From IMG/VR virus record IMGVR_UViG_2778261256_000005, positions 1 through 34,588 of that record: DNA of 34,588 bases; one strand, written 5' to 3'. A program made the position numbers and the translations under genes. Source of the stretch: a virus. Taxonomy: Duplodnaviria > Heunggongvirae > Uroviricota > Caudoviricetes. The notes under the pieces were generated by a model that saw nothing but the letters and a program-made list of their open reading frames with translations, did no database searches and was not told where the DNA came from. Shown piece after piece: positions 10,152 through 19,637 of the stretch. Position 1 is the first letter of the stretch. Each line of letters opens with the position of its first letter.

Positions 10152-10696
10152 TAACCCAAAGCATCATTGACGGGCTTCAGCACCTTGCGTTCAAACCACG
10201 TCAGTTTTTCTTCATCTTCTCCGGCCGTCTGACCACCGGATTGTTCCGCGCTGCCGGTTGTCTGTTTTTTCGCAGTGGTTTTGCCGGTTGATCTGGCTTC
10301 CCGCTTTTCCTGTACGCTAATATGTTCCGCCAGCGTGAAAGTCACCATCCAGGACATTTTCCCGTCCTGCTGTGGTGCATCCAGCATTCCGCTGAATGTG
10401 GCCTCACGAAAATTCACCGCTCTGGCAACCTCATGCGCAACACGGTATGTCTGTCGTTTCCCGCTACTATCGGTAGCGCTGGCCAGTTCAAAGATACGCT
10501 TCAGAATCTCCGGATTTTTGAAAGGAATTTCGCCACTGATACGCAGCTCCTTTCCTTTTGCCCCCTGCTCAGATTTTGACGTTGCGCTGGTCTGCCCTGA
10601 CTGGTCTTTATCCTGAAACTGCTGTGAGACTGTCACGCGCATATTCTTCAGCTGTATGGCCTCGCCGTTAAGCGCCAGTGTCGGGATCGAAGTCAT
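10151..10696 (-). CDS. Phage tail protein, function unknown (181 aa)
   Basis: Within coupled tail operon; low-complexity K/Q/T/G-rich C-terminus; no recognisable motif. Confidence 0.4.
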   Translation of the reverse strand: MTSIPTLALNGEAIQLKNMRVTVSQQFQDKDQSGQTSATSKSEQGAKGKELRISGEIPFKNPEILKRIFELASATDSSGKRQTYRVAHEVARAVNFREATFSGMLDAPQQDGKMSWMVTFTLAEHISVQEKREARSTGKTTAKKQTTGSAEQSGGQTAGEDEEKLTWFERKVLKPVNDALG

Positions 10697-11393
10697 GAAT
10701 CATTCCCTTTATTCCATCAAGATTATCGCCAACCAGCATCATGGCAGCGGTGTAAACGGCAGACTGCTGCGGAATGTCCTTCACCAGTTCCAGTAACATG
10801 GTGCCGGTGTCTCCGCTGGCAGTAAAAACCCACGCTCTGGCACTCTTCCCCTGTAAATCGTTCAGGCCGTTGGCCACATCACTGATAAGTTGGTCACGCA
10901 GCTGCGTGAACTCGCCCAGCTGTTTTTTCAGCCCTTCGATATCAAACCCGGCACCCGCCGCCTTTTGTGCCTGGCTGATTGCCGCAGCAGATAAAGCTGC
11001 CCTGCTGGTTGGTACAGACAGCGGAATGGACGCAGGTAACGCAGCGGCGGTTTTCGCAGGGATCTGCATCTTTTCAATAGCCAGCGCTGCGGCGGATTGC
11101 GCCAGCCGTTTGACCTGCGTGAATGCCGGGGCGGGGAAAATCCCGACCAGGTTATTCAGGCTGGCCATAAAGTTTTCCTGTGTCTGTCCGGTGACCATCA
11201 TAATCACCACGTCCACATTCCCCCCTGTTCCGGCCAGGCGTTCAGCAAGATAGCGAACAGCATTAACCGGGCTGAGATATGCCCCGTTTGCTGTCTGCTG
11301 TCCCAGCCCATAAATCCACGGATGCGCAGGGACGATCGAACAGTTCGACGCAGCAACAGAATCCGTGAAGGCCAGACGTGCTTCACGCCACAT
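10668..11393 (-). CDS. Phage tail protein, function unknown (241 aa from ATG 11393)
   Basis: ATG at 11393 preceded by GGAGGTG at 7-nt spacing; track ORF 10668..11429 has unsupported 5-prime extension. Confidence 0.45.
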   Translation of the reverse strand: MWREARLAFTDSVAASNCSIVPAHPWIYGLGQQTANGAYLSPVNAVRYLAERLAGTGGNVDVVIMMVTGQTQENFMASLNNLVGIFPAPAFTQVKRLAQSAAALAIEKMQIPAKTAAALPASIPLSVPTSRAALSAAAISQAQKAAGAGFDIEGLKKQLGEFTQLRDQLISDVANGLNDLQGKSARAWVFTASGDTGTMLLELVKDIPQQSAVYTAAMMLVGDNLDGIKGMIHDFDPDTGA

Positions 11394-11970
11394 TTCCAGG
11401 CACCTCCGGCCACACAATTTCCGGCGCATCTTCCGGTTGAATACGGTTCATTAAAACGCGGTATTTTTTCCATGCGGTAAGCAGCAGTGCTTCTTCTTCG
11501 GTCGCCATGTCTAAATCTACGGCATCCTGCAATGTGGCAATGGCATCACTGGCCTGTTTAAGTAGTCTTTTCTTTTCTGCATCTGCCTCGCTGACTAATG
11601 CAGTTCGCATGGCCTCCGCATCATCCACCCACGCCTTTCCATTCCATTTTTGCCAGGCATTAGCCGGGGCTGACGTGGTTGTCCCTTCCGGGTAAGCACC
11701 AGGCTCGGTGATTACCAGTTCATTACCGTTTTCCGTGTCAAACACTACCTCACCACGATGATCCTCACGGGAAATCCATCTTTGCTTCTCTGAATCAAAA
11801 ATCGCCACAAATCCCGCTTTTATTGCCTGTGGCTTTATCGTGGTGCAGTTAGCTGGCAGTCCGGTATGTGCAGGAATAAAAGCGTCACCCGAACCAATAA
11901 ATTCATTCGTATCGGAACGCAGGTTATAAACAGTAACTGTTTGATCGGTTTCACTCATTTTAAAAGTCAT
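11383..11970 (-). CDS. Tail fibre assembly protein (Tfa/gpG-like chaperone)
   Basis: 195 aa immediately downstream of tail fibre gene (TAATG overlap); C-terminal region resembles conserved Tfa C-terminus. Confidence 0.7.
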   Translation of the reverse strand: MTFKMSETDQTVTVYNLRSDTNEFIGSGDAFIPAHTGLPANCTTIKPQAIKAGFVAIFDSEKQRWISREDHRGEVVFDTENGNELVITEPGAYPEGTTTSAPANAWQKWNGKAWVDDAEAMRTALVSEADAEKKRLLKQASDAIATLQDAVDLDMATEEEALLLTAWKKYRVLMNRIQPEDAPEIVWPEVPGNVA

Positions 11971-13547
11971 TATGCGAGTCTCACTATGTAGTTGAATGCA
12001 ATATTCTTAACGGTCGTTTCTGTGTTACCCGACGCTGCGACGGTAATGGTGTGACTGTGTGCGCCTATTGCTACAGTGTGAGCATGAGCGCCGATACCTA
12101 CAGTGTGATTGTGCGCGCCAATTCCTACTGTGTGAGCGTGGTTTCCGGCTGATGATGAGTTAGACGCGGATCCCCAGCGTGGCACCTGATTTTGTGTGTT
12201 ATTACCTGAATCAACGTAAGTTCCCCCATAATTCCTAGAATGTACGTGTGCCCCCGTTGTATTCGTCGTTTTAGTCCCATAATCAAAAGTGCTGGCTGTT
12301 TTGGTACCGTAATCGAATGAGGATGTCGATTTCGTCCCCAGATCGGTACTGGATGCACTGGCTGTATGGGTATGGGATTTATTGCCATCATCTTCATAGG
12401 AGAGAACTGCGCGGCCGTCTGGTTTCCCTTTGATCGTCCGCCCACGCGCATCAGGAATTACGCCCGATGGATAAGCAATAGCCAGTAAAGGATATGCCGC
12501 CTTATCAAAAGATTGTCCCTGCATAATTGCCCACCCGGCAGGTGGAATATCCGTTGACCAGGGCAGCGGCACACCAACAGGAAGAACATCACTACGGCTT
12601 AAAACGGCCAGTTCCCCCAGATCCAGGCTTTTCCTGGCTTTTGCCTTGTCGTTAACATCTGCAAGATTTGCATCTTTACGTAAAAAATCACTGCTGGCCT
12701 GCTGTTCGCTCAGGCTACCTTTTGGCCGTAAATCCGTGATGTTGCCGTCTGCATCAATGCTGGCCACCGCAAACACGTAATGCTGAACCCCGTTCTGAAC
12801 GTAATCAGCAAGATTTGCTGCCACCGTGATTTTGCTCTGCACATTCCAGACGCTGGTCAGCGTTCCCGTCCAGCACACATCCAGCCAGACTTTCACTGGC
12901 TTCGTTGCCACCGTTATATTCTGGTTAGCAGCCAGTGATGCCCGGAGTCCTGCCACATAGCCCGTGCCCTTAGTGACGAAAAACTGATTTCCTGTTTTAG
13001 CGACCAGATACCCGTTACCAAAAAACGCCGCCGCGCCATAAATATCTGTATTTTCAATTCGCTGGCGTTCATCCATTCCACCCATGCGTGCAGTGAAGTC
13101 AATCTGCCAGGTTTCTGCTGGCGTATTGATGCCGGTTTCCGTCTGTGCGCCGTTGTATTCCATCAGGAAAGAACGGGTCAGGACATTCCCCTGCTGCCCT
13201 TCTGCAGTTTTCAGCTTTTGCTGGACAGGCGCATGCACAATCATCGCCAGCGTGCCGCTGGCCTTGTTAATCAGGCCGATCCAGTTAAACGAAAAATCGC
13301 CCACATCCGCCCCCAGCACAACGGAGTGCACCACGGCATTTTCATTCACCACACCTTTACGGCTGACTGCCTGCCGGTGAACAATCTGCGCGGCCGGTGG
13401 CAGTGTCTCGCTGCGATCAACGGGTTGTTCTGGATTCAGTCCCGGCACGTTCGCAAAAACAAATTCGTCCAGCAGGACAGGCTCGCCAGTGGCACCCTGC
13501 AGCGCCTTCCACTGTTCAAATGCCAGTGTGATAGCTGTCTGTGACAT
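11970..13547 (-). CDS. Tail fibre protein (gpH-like) with C-terminal His-box repeats
   Basis: 525 aa; GGGAG SD; C-terminus contains repeated GAHxHTVxIGAH units and TKxTSxFDYGTK repeats. Confidence 0.8.
   Translation of the reverse strand: MSQTAITLAFEQWKALQGATGEPVLLDEFVFANVPGLNPEQPVDRSETLPPAAQIVHRQAVSRKGVVNENAVVHSVVLGADVGDFSFNWIGLINKASGTLAMIVHAPVQQKLKTAEGQQGNVLTRSFLMEYNGAQTETGINTPAETWQIDFTARMGGMDERQRIENTDIYGAAAFFGNGYLVAKTGNQFFVTKGTGYVAGLRASLAANQNITVATKPVKVWLDVCWTGTLTSVWNVQSKITVAANLADYVQNGVQHYVFAVASIDADGNITDLRPKGSLSEQQASSDFLRKDANLADVNDKAKARKSLDLGELAVLSRSDVLPVGVPLPWSTDIPPAGWAIMQGQSFDKAAYPLLAIAYPSGVIPDARGRTIKGKPDGRAVLSYEDDGNKSHTHTASASSTDLGTKSTSSFDYGTKTASTFDYGTKTTNTTGAHVHSRNYGGTYVDSGNNTQNQVPRWGSASNSSSAGNHAHTVGIGAHNHTVGIGAHAHTVAIGAHSHTITVAASGNTETTVKNIAFNYIVRLA
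12057..12137. repeat. Three imperfect 27-bp tandem repeats inside tail fibre gene (encode HTVGIGAH units)
   Basis: Units 12057-12083, 12084-12110, 12111-12137 visibly related. Confidence 0.6.
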
Positions 13548-13556
13548 AAAATCTCC

Positions 13557-14144
13557 CTATAAACCCGCGCTGAACGTCGCGCTGTCTGTTTCCGTACTGT
13601 TTAACGCTGCCGGATACGCCACATATTCTCCCTGATCCCATCCCGCCCGGATGGCCAGGCTTTCAGACGTGATCACCTCAAACTGATAACGGCGGCATGT
13701 TCGCCCGTACTGGCGAATTATCTGGATCAGCAACTGCGTGTTGTCCGCAATCTGGCTGTCTGTCACGCGAACCAGTATCACGTCCCAGTCAATCCCCGGC
13801 TGGCGTTCCTGCAGCTCAACGTACCCAATTCCCAGCCGTTCAAAGATGTTGATAAACCCCTCAACGGAACCGGCATCCCGCGCATTGACAAAGGCATATG
13901 CCACGCGCTTACGGAACAATGCCAGCGGTTCACCGTCAAAGCGGGTAATATCGCGGTCATACGCCAGCAGGTTCAGTAATGCCGGCGTACACGTCAGCGG
14001 ATCGAACTGATTCACTGGCCACGTAACCCAGCCGTAAACCTCAGTCCAGAACCGCCGCGCCGTTTTCAGCAGCTTCGCCGGCTCGCCTTTGTTCATCCAG
14101 GAAGGAAGCACCATCCCGGCCAGCTTTTTCAGGAACTCACTCAT
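13557..14144 (-). CDS. Baseplate/tail protein gpI-like
   Basis: ATG 14144 overlaps stop of upstream J-like gene; position between J-like and tail fibre genes as in P2. Confidence 0.6.
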   Translation of the reverse strand: MSEFLKKLAGMVLPSWMNKGEPAKLLKTARRFWTEVYGWVTWPVNQFDPLTCTPALLNLLAYDRDITRFDGEPLALFRKRVAYAFVNARDAGSVEGFINIFERLGIGYVELQERQPGIDWDVILVRVTDSQIADNTQLLIQIIRQYGRTCRRYQFEVITSESLAIRAGWDQGEYVAYPAALNSTETDSATFSAGL

Positions 14145-15321
14145 TTTCAACAACAACCGCAAGCGATTTCAGGCGTGGAACACTCAGTTCGCTGGTGATA
14201 TCACCCAGTGAAAAAGACAGTGATTCCGTCTGAGCAAATGTCCTGTGGATCTCCCGCCCCAGCTGAGAAAAGGAAAAACGCGAATATGGCCACGTCTTCC
14301 TGACGTCATAATCAGCATTCTCACGAAAAGCACAGCGGATCATGTTCTCCACCCCGTCCTTCAGGGTTTTCCTGTCCTCATCGCTGAAATTGGCCAGATT
14401 TTTGACATAAACTGTGACGGACAGATCATGAAGCGTTTCCGGCATGGGATAGCACTGCATATCATCACCGTGGCCGTGATGCCCCTGCGTGTTGATATAG
14501 TCATTGACGGCATCCACGAACGGCGAAGAAGCCACCCCGCTGTCCAGCAACAGATACGCGTTGGCGGTACCGGGTCCCCTCGGCGCTTCATGTTCAAAGA
14601 AAATCCGGTCAATACTCAGCCCTGCAACGCCGGCAATCATCGACCGGTAAACGGCGTCAGTGTGGTAATTCCCCACCAGATTGAACTGATTGCGGCAGCG
14701 TTCGCGCAGCTCGTCATCACTTTCTTCATCCGCGCCCGGTACGGTCAGCCAGTTTTCTTCGCTGGCCACGTGGCTGATACCGTCAACGGCAACCGGCAGA
14801 ATGCGGTAATATCCCGGCGCAAGGTTATATGCGCCCCCGGTGCCGGTGGCTTTTACCGGCAGTAATGCGCAGGCCGTACCGGAAGCGATCACTACATCCT
14901 CACTGGTGGCCAGCTCATACACGCGACCGTTAATGCGCTCTGTCTGGATAACCGTCCCGGCTTTCACCGTCACCACCGCTCTTGCATCTTCTTTGAAGAA
15001 GCGGATCACACCCTGTGCCGCGCTCGCCGGTTTTGCCGTGACGTTCACCGCCCACGCCAGCAGACGCAACATGCTCCCGCTGGCCGTGGCCACAAACATG
15101 TTGGCCAGCACAGTGAACACCAGAACGTCTTTCAGCCACATTACTGGTGCGGTCACAATGGCGGTGATTAACCGCCAGAACGGTGACATGCGGGACGTAT
15201 TGGTGATGATGCCCTCCTCATCCGCGATCGCATTGAAGCGATCGTGAACCTCAGATTCCGTCACCGGCATCCCGCTGGCTTTCACCACTTCTTCAAAATC
15301 AACCTGGGGCTTTTCCGTCAT
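14137..15321 (-). CDS. Baseplate J-like protein (gpJ/gp6 family)
   Basis: ATG 15321 overlaps stop of upstream gene (ATGA); position W-J-I-H-G conserved with P2. Confidence 0.7.
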   Translation of the reverse strand: MTEKPQVDFEEVVKASGMPVTESEVHDRFNAIADEEGIITNTSRMSPFWRLITAIVTAPVMWLKDVLVFTVLANMFVATASGSMLRLLAWAVNVTAKPASAAQGVIRFFKEDARAVVTVKAGTVIQTERINGRVYELATSEDVVIASGTACALLPVKATGTGGAYNLAPGYYRILPVAVDGISHVASEENWLTVPGADEESDDELRERCRNQFNLVGNYHTDAVYRSMIAGVAGLSIDRIFFEHEAPRGPGTANAYLLLDSGVASSPFVDAVNDYINTQGHHGHGDDMQCYPMPETLHDLSVTVYVKNLANFSDEDRKTLKDGVENMIRCAFRENADYDVRKTWPYSRFSFSQLGREIHRTFAQTESLSFSLGDITSELSVPRLKSLAVVVENE

Positions 15322-15647
15322 AAATCCACCTGATATGAAAGCGTGCCAAAATCGTATGTGCTCGCGGTCACCCACAGCCGTTTCTGGCTTTCTTCACTGA
15401 TTTCCACCGTTCCCGGCACAATGCGCTCATCGTTTTCAACCAGTAATTCCAGTTGTGTAAAAATATCTGCCCTCAGTGTCGGACTGCGTTCCGCAATTAA
15501 TTGCGTGGCTAATCCGCTCTCAATAATGGCGTGAATAATGTCCTGCCCGATACTTTTTCGGTTATTGCATAATTCAGGCTCATTACCGGCATTTAATGAG
15601 AAGTCACCATTCTCAATAAGCAGGTCAATATAAAGAATCTCACTCAC
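15318..15647 (-). CDS. Putative baseplate wedge protein (gpW/gp25-like position), 109 aa
   Basis: Small acidic protein between tape measure and J-like gene; ATGA overlap with tape measure stop. Confidence 0.4.
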   Translation of the reverse strand: MSEILYIDLLIENGDFSLNAGNEPELCNNRKSIGQDIIHAIIESGLATQLIAERSPTLRADIFTQLELLVENDERIVPGTVEISEESQKRLWVTASTYDFGTLSYQVDL

Positions 15648-17611
15648 GCATTAAGCTCCTGCCATTCCATTAGCTGGGAGGGTGAAAGCGCTTCTTTAGT
15701 ATGAAAATGCACTTCACCAATTTTACGGCTGTTATCCGTTACTGATTTAGAATTACTGCTAATTGTTTTACTGATACCACCTTTATCAACGCCTTTTAAT
15801 TCACCGCCAGTTGAAAGGGTATTCGTTGTCAGTGCCGGTTGAGATTCGTTCGCCAGTGAAATATCGACGCCCGGAATTTTATTGAGTTTTCCGACAATCC
15901 AGTTCCACGATTTCAGGAACCCGCCTTTGATGGTCTGCCAGACGTTATCAAACAGGGAAACAATCCCGCTGGCCATGCCGCTTAACGCCTGTGACGGTGA
16001 AAACCCGGTCAGCAGCGCAATAAAGCTGTTCCAGCCGTCCGTGATCCATTGCCACGCAGCGGAAAACACGCCGGCAAGCCATTCCACCACACCAGCCACG
16101 GCGGTAAACGCTGCCGTATTCATCACCGCCGCTTTCACATCATCCCAGTGTTTAATCAGCAGATAACACCCGGCTGCCAGCAGAGCAATCGCCCCGATAA
16201 CCAGCAGAACCGGCCAGCTCATCAGGTTGATGCCAATACCGGCCATAATCGCCGCCATGCGCACGGCCAGCAGCGTACCCCGCAGGAATTTCAGCGTCAG
16301 GTTCCACGCCACAACAGCCTTTGAGGTAATCCAGACAGTGGCCGCGTAAATCTTCGTGACCAGCGTCAGGGCGCTCCAGAGTCCCTTCAGACCCACCAGG
16401 ATAAATTTTGAGACGCCCATGACAATATTTGTCACCGCGCCCGCTGCCGCCACACCAAACAGCGCAAGCTGCACGTAACCAATCACCCGCGCAATATTGG
16501 GAAACATCTGCATCCAGCGTCCGAACGTCTGCCCCATATCGGCCAGGCGGTTCAGGACCGGGTACAAAACCGGGATCAACGTCAGTCCGATCACCGTCTG
16601 AATGGCTTTAAGGATTTGTACAAAGCGATCCCACGGCTTGACCAGCTTCCCGGCCATCTCCTGTGTACGCTTCAGCCCGTCAGAGCCGCCCAGTTCGGTG
16701 ATATTACGCTGCAGTAACGCCACATTGCCGTACAGGTGTTTTATCACCGCTGAACTGTCACCAAATGCCGCATCCAGCTCCGCCTGGGCTTTCAGGTTCC
16801 CTTCCAGGCTTTTGCCGTATTTGCCCTGCAGCTTGATCAGCATTTCAGGCATGGACAGCATTTTGCCGGTGGAGTCCGTGAAGGACAGCCCCAGCTTTTT
16901 AGCTCCCTCCATCGCGCCGGTCATGAAGCCTTCGTAAGCGCTACTGGCTTCTGTTCCCAGCGTACGATTTAGCTGTCCCAGCACCGCCAGCTGTTCATCC
17001 AGCCCGACGCCGTAGTTAGTCCCGACACCTCGCGCCCCTTCCATCAGGTCTTTGATGGTACCCATTTCGGTACCGAAGACCTTGCGCATATACACCATTT
17101 TCCCCGCCAGTTGCTCAGCGAACTGGACTTTACCCAGCCGCGCCGCATCGGCGGAAAAGTTACCGTACATCTGCCCCATGAACTCCGCCGTGTCGGCGGA
17201 TGTGGATTTCAGGGCAAATGCCAGCGTATTAGCGACCTTCGTCACTTTCGGCAGCTCGCTGGCGGTAAGGCCGGCAATGGAAGCGTTAATGTTCTCTGTG
17301 GATTTGACGAACTCCACCGCGCTGGCACCGTAGGTCATGCTGAACCGGAGCGCGTCACGCTGTACTGTCTTTAATGCCTGATTATCAATCCCTTTTGCGG
17401 CGGCATCATTCAGCGCGTCGTACATTTCGATAGCCGGCGATAACGCGCCTTTTATGGCCATCCCCGTACCGGCCAGCCCCAGCACGCCGCCGCCAATCTG
17501 CGAAAAGGCCGCTTTTGATTTTTCCGCAAAGCCGGTGACGCTGCCCTGCGCCTGTTTTAACGGGCGCGTCAGCTTATCAATCAGGCTTAATGTAAAATCT
17601 AACTGTTTCAT
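15644..17611 (-). CDS. Tail tape measure protein
   Basis: 655 aa, Ala/Gly-rich with hydrophobic C-terminal segments; follows frameshifted chaperone gene. Confidence 0.8.
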   Translation of the reverse strand: MKQLDFTLSLIDKLTRPLKQAQGSVTGFAEKSKAAFSQIGGGVLGLAGTGMAIKGALSPAIEMYDALNDAAAKGIDNQALKTVQRDALRFSMTYGASAVEFVKSTENINASIAGLTASELPKVTKVANTLAFALKSTSADTAEFMGQMYGNFSADAARLGKVQFAEQLAGKMVYMRKVFGTEMGTIKDLMEGARGVGTNYGVGLDEQLAVLGQLNRTLGTEASSAYEGFMTGAMEGAKKLGLSFTDSTGKMLSMPEMLIKLQGKYGKSLEGNLKAQAELDAAFGDSSAVIKHLYGNVALLQRNITELGGSDGLKRTQEMAGKLVKPWDRFVQILKAIQTVIGLTLIPVLYPVLNRLADMGQTFGRWMQMFPNIARVIGYVQLALFGVAAAGAVTNIVMGVSKFILVGLKGLWSALTLVTKIYAATVWITSKAVVAWNLTLKFLRGTLLAVRMAAIMAGIGINLMSWPVLLVIGAIALLAAGCYLLIKHWDDVKAAVMNTAAFTAVAGVVEWLAGVFSAAWQWITDGWNSFIALLTGFSPSQALSGMASGIVSLFDNVWQTIKGGFLKSWNWIVGKLNKIPGVDISLANESQPALTTNTLSTGGELKGVDKGGISKTISSNSKSVTDNSRKIGEVHFHTKEALSPSQLMEWQELNA

Positions 17612-17808
17612 TCCGTGCCTTTAAATGCAGTGCTGATTCCGTTAGCAACCGCTATTCGCATATTTTCCCAGTGGCGATTATCCAGCCAGATAGCAGCGGA
17701 AATATCATCCACGGAATCCTGACCGTGTGGTAAATAATGGCGACGCAAAATTAAATACTGTTCGAGTCCGTTCTGTTCAATTGCCCGGACTCGTTTTGTC
17801 AGTTTTTT
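17608..17808 (-). other. Programmed -1 frameshift extension of the tail assembly chaperone (E+E-prime-like)
   Basis: Slippery site A_AAA_AAC (minus strand, 17802-17808) at last two codons; -1 frame is open for 64 codons and ends with TGA overlapping the tape measure ATG (gaATGAaa). Confidence 0.7.
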
Positions 17809-18056
17809 ACTTCAATTTCCAGTTCTGGCGCATAAAGCTCATTCACTTTTCCGGCAAGCTGGAGCGCTGCACCCGGACGTTTCAGAATGTCTTCCAGCGC
17901 TTCTTTACTTTCCGTTGCCACAATGCGTACAAGATAATTGTGCGCGGGTGCCACTTTATTATCCATCGCCATTTCGTTGATGAACTTATTATAAGCGGTC
18001 TGATTCGGTTCAAAGGTAATTTCTTTTTTGCATACAACCAGGTTAATTTTTTCCAT
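17799..18056 (-). CDS. Tail assembly chaperone (gpE-like), 85 aa
   Basis: Small ORF immediately upstream of tape measure ending with slippery heptamer A_AAA_AAC. Confidence 0.7.
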   Translation of the reverse strand: MEKINLVVCKKEITFEPNQTAYNKFINEMAMDNKVAPAHNYLVRIVATESKEALEDILKRPGAALQLAGKVNELYAPELEIEVKN

Positions 18057-18342
18057 AAATAACTTTCTCTCTTAAATTAATTTCATCAACAAGCGCGTTA
18101 TGCCGTGCAGCACACTGCCCGTATAACTCCAGATAAAGTGTCAGTAATTCCGCCGCGTCTTTTCCCTGCGTTCCACTCAGGCGCGGCAGCTGCGTGACGC
18201 ATTTAGTTTTCAGGTTTTCCTGATAACGTACGTTCGGTACTGGTGACGGCGTCGTTGTACATGCGGACAAAGTCATCAGACAGACACTTATTGGTAAATA
18301 CCGGCTTAACCACTTCCGTGCGAATTTCACGCGGTGGCGCAT
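18043..18342 (-). CDS. Outer-membrane spanin (Rz1-like lipoprotein), overlapping i-spanin
   Basis: Signal peptide with lipobox LSAC followed by proline-rich CTTTPSPVPN; overlaps 18203-18342 of i-spanin gene in another frame. Confidence 0.7.
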   Translation of the reverse strand: MRHRVKFARKWLSRYLPISVCLMTLSACTTTPSPVPNVRYQENLKTKCVTQLPRLSGTQGKDAAELLTLYLELYGQCAARHNALVDEINLREKVIYGKN

Positions 18343-18535
18343 TTTTCAGTGCCTCCAGTTTATCTTCCAGCCGGCGACCAGATGAACCGGCAATTTCAGC
18401 CAGTTGTTCCCCGGTCGCGGTGACCGCTTTTGAGACAGTCAGATCAATACTGTCCCGCTGCCAGCCGGCCGTTTTCCAGCCGGCTATAAATGCCAGAGCA
18501 AGGGTGAATAACCAGCCTGACACGACGCGATCCAT
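18203..18535 (-). CDS. Inner-membrane spanin (Rz-like)
   Basis: N-terminal TMD (WLFTLALAFIAGW) followed by charged helical region; TGATG overlap with endolysin. Confidence 0.65.
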   Translation of the reverse strand: MDRVVSGWLFTLALAFIAGWKTAGWQRDSIDLTVSKAVTATGEQLAEIAGSSGRRLEDKLEALKNAPPREIRTEVVKPVFTNKCLSDDFVRMYNDAVTSTERTLSGKPEN

Positions 18536-18876
18536 CAGCGCACCCCGTTATGTTCCAGGCTGAAATGATTACCATCAGGGCGGGATTTGAAGCGACCGCC
18601 CCATGAACCACCCAGCGATTCCCAGTATTCGCCCAGTGGCAGATAATCTTCCGTTCGGGTTTTGTATTCCCCCTTCACGAACAGATTAAAATCCACGGCC
18701 AGACGCTGTGTGTGCAGGCTGTTGGAAATGCCGCTGCCTTTCTTCGCATTCAGTGCAGCCTGTTCCGGAGTGCGGTATGCTTCACCAAACGTCAGCCACA
18801 TACCGTTGGCATTGGCATACTGGATCAACAAAGCAATCATTGACGTAAAACGCTGTTGTTTCTCGCTCAGTGTCAT
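18535..18876 (-). CDS. Endolysin, peptidase M15 family (L-alanyl-D-glutamate peptidase-like)
   Basis: 113 aa with His/Asp zinc-ligand pattern (SLHTQRLAVDF ... DGNHFSLEH). Confidence 0.7.
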   Translation of the reverse strand: MTLSEKQQRFTSMIALLIQYANANGMWLTFGEAYRTPEQAALNAKKGSGISNSLHTQRLAVDFNLFVKGEYKTRTEDYLPLGEYWESLGGSWGGRFKSRPDGNHFSLEHNGVR

Positions 18877-19169
18877 TTCCCTGCCCCTTTATCAAAAATC
18901 CCTGTAAAACCCCGCTTACGCAGCCAGGCTTCCACCGCATTCTGCCCCAGAATACCCAGCGCCGAGCCAAATCCGGCCAGCGCGAGCGGATGAATATCCG
19001 GTACAAAGTACAGCGCCACCCCGGCAATCAGTGACAGCCCGCTGCCCACAATGACACGCCCCGCCACCAGACGAAGGGTGATCGGTTCATCACTGTTGAG
19101 CAATTTACCCAGCGCAATCAGCGCCCCCATGACTGCCAGTGCAATGAACCCCTTTTCGTACTCCTGCAT
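18873..19169 (-). CDS. Putative holin (small 3-TMD membrane protein)
   Basis: 98 aa, three hydrophobic segments, charged C-terminus, directly upstream of endolysin (ATGA overlap). Confidence 0.6.
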   Translation of the reverse strand: MQEYEKGFIALAVMGALIALGKLLNSDEPITLRLVAGRVIVGSGLSLIAGVALYFVPDIHPLALAGFGSALGILGQNAVEAWLRKRGFTGIFDKGAGK

Positions 19170-19181
19170 CCCTGCTGCCTC

Positions 19182-19637
19182 TTATCCAATCAGGTTTTCC
19201 GTGGCTTCCGCTTCCAGATACGGCACACCGTTGATGTTGACGAACTTCGGACTTGTCACGAAGTATTTGATTTTATGCGTGGACACACTGCCACCCTTCG
19301 GATCACCATCCAGAACGCTGTTGAGCTGCAGCTTGTTACCAAAGGTTTCCACCTTCATTTCTTCTCTGCCGGCTTTGGCGTAAAAAAGGAAGTCAACCGG
19401 AGGAATGCCACGCCATGACCCCGCTGAACGGGCTTTGGCTGTCAGAACCTGCAGCACTTTGGAACTGACTTCAATTTCACCCTCGGCAGCAACATCACCG
19501 TCCACATACCCGTCAGGGACACCGCGCGTCTGTGCCGCCGCTCTGTTATCGGTGATATCCAGCGAAATTTTTTCAATGTGGATCAGGTCGCCGTCCAGAT
19601 AGATGTCAAAGGACATCCCTGAAATACGTTTGGTCAT
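19182..19637 (-). CDS. Tail tube protein (gpFII-like position)
   Basis: 151 aa immediately after sheath-like gene; size and position fit P2 FII. Confidence 0.55.
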   Translation of the reverse strand: MTKRISGMSFDIYLDGDLIHIEKISLDITDNRAAAQTRGVPDGYVDGDVAAEGEIEVSSKVLQVLTAKARSAGSWRGIPPVDFLFYAKAGREEMKVETFGNKLQLNSVLDGDPKGGSVSTHKIKYFVTSPKFVNINGVPYLEAEATENLIG

